A stretch of DNA of 63,982 nt, filler included, from Rhabdomonas costata (taxonomy: Eukaryota): assembly GCA_019059605.1 (NCBI GenBank). It is 9 parts of 9 records of this genome, joined end to end, with 100 filler letters (N's around TTAATTAATTAA, not from the genome) between each part and the next. Parts side by side here need not be neighbours in the genome. Positions count along the whole stretch, not along the records: positions 58,704 to 63,982 come from JAHMHO010000081.1; 8 more parts are not named here. One strand, given 5' to 3'. The position numbers and the translations under genes are program-made. Under the pieces are notes generated by a model. The model was not told where the DNA came from and did not search any database. It worked only from the letters and a program-made list of their open reading frames with translations. Below are positions 60,048 through 63,982 of this stretch, piece by piece (within the stretch, counting starts at the first letter, position 1; every line of letters starts with the position of its first letter).

Positions 60048-63000
60048 ATGCAGCCGGGGCATGCCACTCCGCGGGCCCCGCGGTGCCTCCATGGCGAGCC
60101 CGCTGTGCTGCATCTCGACCGCGGTGCCGTGTACCGCTGCGCTCTCCCCGAAAGCAGTCCAAACGCGTATGCTTCTTTCGGGTTTTTGTTTTCATAGTCA
60201 TGTTTGGTCGCTGGGGGAAATGCGGACTTTTCTTTCAGCCCCGTGAAACAGGCAATTTTAGAATGCTGGGCTTAGCAACTCTGCCAAACTCCTCCCACGT
60301 AAATTTCCGCCAATTTTTCCTAAAGCGAGGAGGGATTCTTATCGCGCCTCGTTGCCGCTTCTTATTCTCGCACTCCGCTTGCTGCTGAAAAGAGCTGAGA
60401 AACGAGTCGCTCGCCCCCAGCCGGGAGCCGGTGATTCCTGAACCTCGTCGAACCAAGTCGAAATCGTCGCTCAGTGGTATAAGACGATTCAGTTGATGTT
60501 GTGGGGTAGGGAAGCGGAAGCTATTGCCAACGGTACCAATTTTCATTCGAATTTGTGTCCTGCTTAACTGTGGCCATTAAAATAGACGTTAAAGCCTCTG
60601 GGCGCCTTCGAACCCCAGCTGTCCACTCCGGCCGCTGCGTCGCTGGCCTTTGCCCTTAAAGTGAAGCTATCCTACGCGTCCGCTCAATTTCCAGTAACAG
60701 GTTAGTCCTTCGCCTGCATCAGTCGTGACGTTAAAACGAAAAATGCACACGTCGTGAACTCTGGCGCAGTTTACCCCCTTACATTTCAGTAAATGTCAAC
60801 GAGGGTGCAGGCTTAAGTCACCTAATCCTTTTCACGTTAAACTAGCACAATATTTTTTGGTCGGTTTTGCCACTGTTGACCGGTACCCCCCTCAGCGTCG
60901 ATTTGTGCCGAACTAACCTAAATGAAATGAATACTATAATTTCTGCCTGTGTGTTTCACCAGGTGCGGCTTTATCCTTACGAAGGGGCAGGAGAAATGGC
61001 ATGGTCTTCCAGAGATGGCGAAGTCTCGCAGTAGTTCGTGGTGCCTGGACGCCCTCCGCGAGCCCCTGGACACGGAACTCCTGTGGTGCATCATCCCCCG
61101 CACATCGTCGTCTTGGGCTCCTTCACACTGAGTTGATAATCTTCTTGCGCCGCCGAAATGCGCTCCCAATTCTCAGCAAAATAGTTAGTGCCACCCATTG
61201 TTGGTTCGGGCGGTAGGGTGTTTACGATGACTAGTGTTGTAAAATATGGGCTTATTCTTGTGTATCGCCCAAGTGATGAAAAGGCAGGCTTTGGGGCGCT
61301 GCACATACAAGACATACGGGGCTATCTTTTGCGAGCTGATGAAATAGTGTTGTTGGCTTTGCAGCGACGAGAGTGGGTTCTGGTCTTATTTGTATCTCAG
61401 GGGCCTTGCGCAGCGCTCTGAGGAGTGGTATCGCGCCCGCGAGCCCAGGTTGACGGCGTCCATGTTTGGTGCAGTGCAGGGCCTGGGGGACCGGCGGCTG
61501 GAGTACAGGCCTGGCCAGGGGTTGTTCTGGACAGGCCCAGACTGCGCAGAGCGTGTGGAAGCCGTGGCAGAGGTTCGCGATTGTGGCTGTGCGGCGAAGG
61601 GGAGCTGGTCAAAAACTTAGAGAGACCAACTACACCTTTAAGTTCATTTTTCTTACCTTTTGTGCTGTGTGTTGATGTTGTGTGAACATGAGGGTTTGGA
61701 TATGCTGTGCTTGCTCCTACTTGTAAAAGTATAACAAGCCCAACGCTCAATGGGGTTAAAAAAAGGTTTTCCGCCCACTCATCACTCCCCTCCCCCAAAG
61801 TTGTGCAATCTGCCCTAGTGGACCTTGTGAACAACCACCCGCTGAAACGCTGCTTGATATTGCACACATCGAGGAGAGGGGTGTGGGTGTGACTGAAGGG
61901 TCCTGAGAGGGACGCCATGGATGCACTGCGCGACCTTCTGTGGCGGCCGCAGTACGACAACATTCCCATGCGCTGGGGCACCCTCTTCGAGCAGGAGGCC
62001 AAGAGAAGGTCGCTCCCCCCGCTCCCTCGAATCCCTCTGTGCTTCATCCCTAGTCCTGGCTGCTCTTCGCTTCCGTCTTCTCACTTGGCGCTCGAGCACT
62101 TTCTGTCCCGCTTTCACTACTCGCCTTACCCATCACTTTCTTGTTGTACGTGGGTTCCGTAGCGGGCAGACTGCAGTCTGTTGTTCAACCCCCTTTGCAC
62201 ATACGTGCTTTGGCACCTGGGGCGGCACGGATGAGAAGAATGAGAGTCATGAAGTCATGCTTTGCGTTGGTCCGGGACAGGGGGGGGGTCAGGTGCCCAT
62301 TGGTGGCCGGTTTTGGAGGGGATATTTAATGCACTGGTAAAAAGGAAGCAGTGTACCTCCCTGCGGGGACTTCCACCCACCACTGAATGTCAAGGGGTCC
62401 TCCCCATGCCCTGCTATCCTTCTCGTTCTCATTTTTAGCTTGGTCATCCATCATGCCCACCAAGTAACGTTTCACCCCTTGCTCTTTTACAAGCACAAAC
62501 AGGCCGCCCGAAAAAGAAAGCGCCTTGGAGCTCTCTCGGGCACCACTCTTTTTTCTCTCGGGCATGTGCCAAAAAGCATGGAATCATATGTGAGCACTTT
62601 GACAGTTGACTTCTCGTCCCTTGTGTTCTCCATTTGCCCCATGTAAGCATACCCCCAAACGTAACCCCAAGGCAAAAGGCAAAACCTCACACATCATCCG
62701 CAAAAGGACTTTTGAGGGAACCCCGAAGCGGACATCTTTAAGCATCACTGTTGAAATTGCCCTTCCTACTGAGCTTTGGCGTGCATCACTGGTATGACTA
62801 TGACTTTGACTATGGAATATACAAAGCGCGTTTTACGAAGTCTGTGAACGAGAAACCCCCGCTGATCTGGGAAAATGTGTGCAGCGTGCAGTGTGCCACA
62901 TGATGCAGGTACCTGGAGCTTTTCAAGGAGGGCCTGCTGGGTGAGACCCGTCAGGGGGCCCCTGCCATCGCGGAGCCTGGGCTGTGCGTGAGTCCCCGCT

Positions 63001-63982
63001 TCCCCCACCTTGCGGCCAGCCCCGATGGGCTGGTGTGCTACAACCACCCGATCCGGGGCCCGACCACTGTGGTGTTGGAGGTGAAGTGCCCCTACCGGTG
63101 CACGGGAAGGCCCCCAGCTCCTCCGAGCGCCTTGTTCCCCCCTCACTCGGTGTGTGAATTGGGGAAGATGGGAACTGAACAGGATACAAAGTTGAATCCA
63201 CGGTTCTATGCGTTTAAGATACGATTGCGATAAAGTCGTTCGTGGTTGCACACAGTTCGGGGCTCCTTTGGGCTCGGCCGAGATCTCGCCGCAGTACTAC
63301 GCCCAAGTGCAGGGCCAGCTCCACCTTCTGCTTCTGGAGGGGCGGATCAGCGCCCCCGGGGAGTGCGACTTTGTGAGCTGGTGCCCCTCGGCGGTTGCAG
63401 TGCTTCGTGTGCGGCACGACCCTGCATACTGCGAGGCGATGTTTGAGCGGCTGAGCTGGTTCCATGCCCGGGTGTTCGCGCCCGCTGATTGGGACCGCAC
63501 CCAGGGGCTTATTCAGAAGGCTGATGTGCAGCCTGCTGGCCGCGAGCAGTGGATTGTTGCAGGATCCTCGAACTCGCCACGCATGGAAACAGGGGCGAAG
63601 AAATCTGCTGACGTGCCCGTGGGTGCTACCCAGCCGAAAACAACGGTCGCTTCTGCTGGCCAGGCACATGATGGTTCCTCTGTGGGACCCTTCCGTAAAG
63701 CGACGGTCACACAGATGGTGGTTCCCCTTCCTGAAGGCAATTCAGCAGATATTATGAGCCAAGGCGCCAAAGATAACAAGCCCGCCGTATCCTCCACACC
63801 ACCGACGGCGTTGTGTGACCTGGTTCCTCCCGCGGTGGAGAAAGACGTGGGTTCTAGCAAGAAGGGAACTGCAAGCCTGAAACGCCCTGCACATTCCCCT
63901 TCCCGATCGAACCTTCCGCCGGCATCGCCAGCATCGCTTCCCGAGGGGAAGAAAAAAAAGGGCACCAGGAAGGCTGCTGCGG
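60048..63982 (+). CDS. GRF-like zinc finger + YqaJ/lambda-exonuclease (PD-(D/E)xK) protein with a disordered tail; 6 exons, open at the window end
   Basis: Exons 60048-60166, 60963-61085, 61401-61572, 61899-62008, 62909-63149 and 63256->63982 join in phase through GT-AG introns. Motifs: CLHGEPAV..GAVYRC..A|CGF; QRSEEWYRAREPRLTASMFG; MRWGTLFEQEA; EPGLCV..PHLAASPDGL; LEVKCPY; YYAQVQGQL; CDFVSW. Confidence 0.9.

Overview
This window is not one locus. It is nine unrelated eukaryotic contigs of about 5-8 kb joined by artificial 100-nt spacers (N44-TTAATTAATTAA-N44), plus one plain N gap. Most genes are split by spliceosomal introns, so the ORF track misses them; I rebuilt exons by hand from splice phase and protein motifs. 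The 5' splice sites are mostly GT(G/A)(C/T)G or GTT.., seldom GTAAG, and CRE-type retroposon debris and receptor-type cyclases are present. This suggests a euglenid or euglenozoan protist (inference only). Host genes: an intronless GH78 alpha-L-rhamnosidase with a SUEL lectin insert, an exostosin/GT47-like gene, a possible divergent APC1, profilin, a class III nucleotide cyclase, an Ariadne RBR E3 ligase, a guanine deaminase with large insertions, a BK/Slo-type channel RCK region, and a six-exon GRF-zinc-finger + YqaJ/lambda-exonuclease gene. The most unusual part is contig 4 (22410-29831), a compact, short-intron cluster that looks like a mobile element, possibly Helitron-like. It encodes an RPA1-type OB/zinc domain fused to a catalytically dead USP fold, a Cys-rich protein joined across a single in-frame TGA to a USP domain that keeps its Cys, and a divergently transcribed GRF zinc finger. 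All family assignments come from motif recognition by eye; no database search was run.
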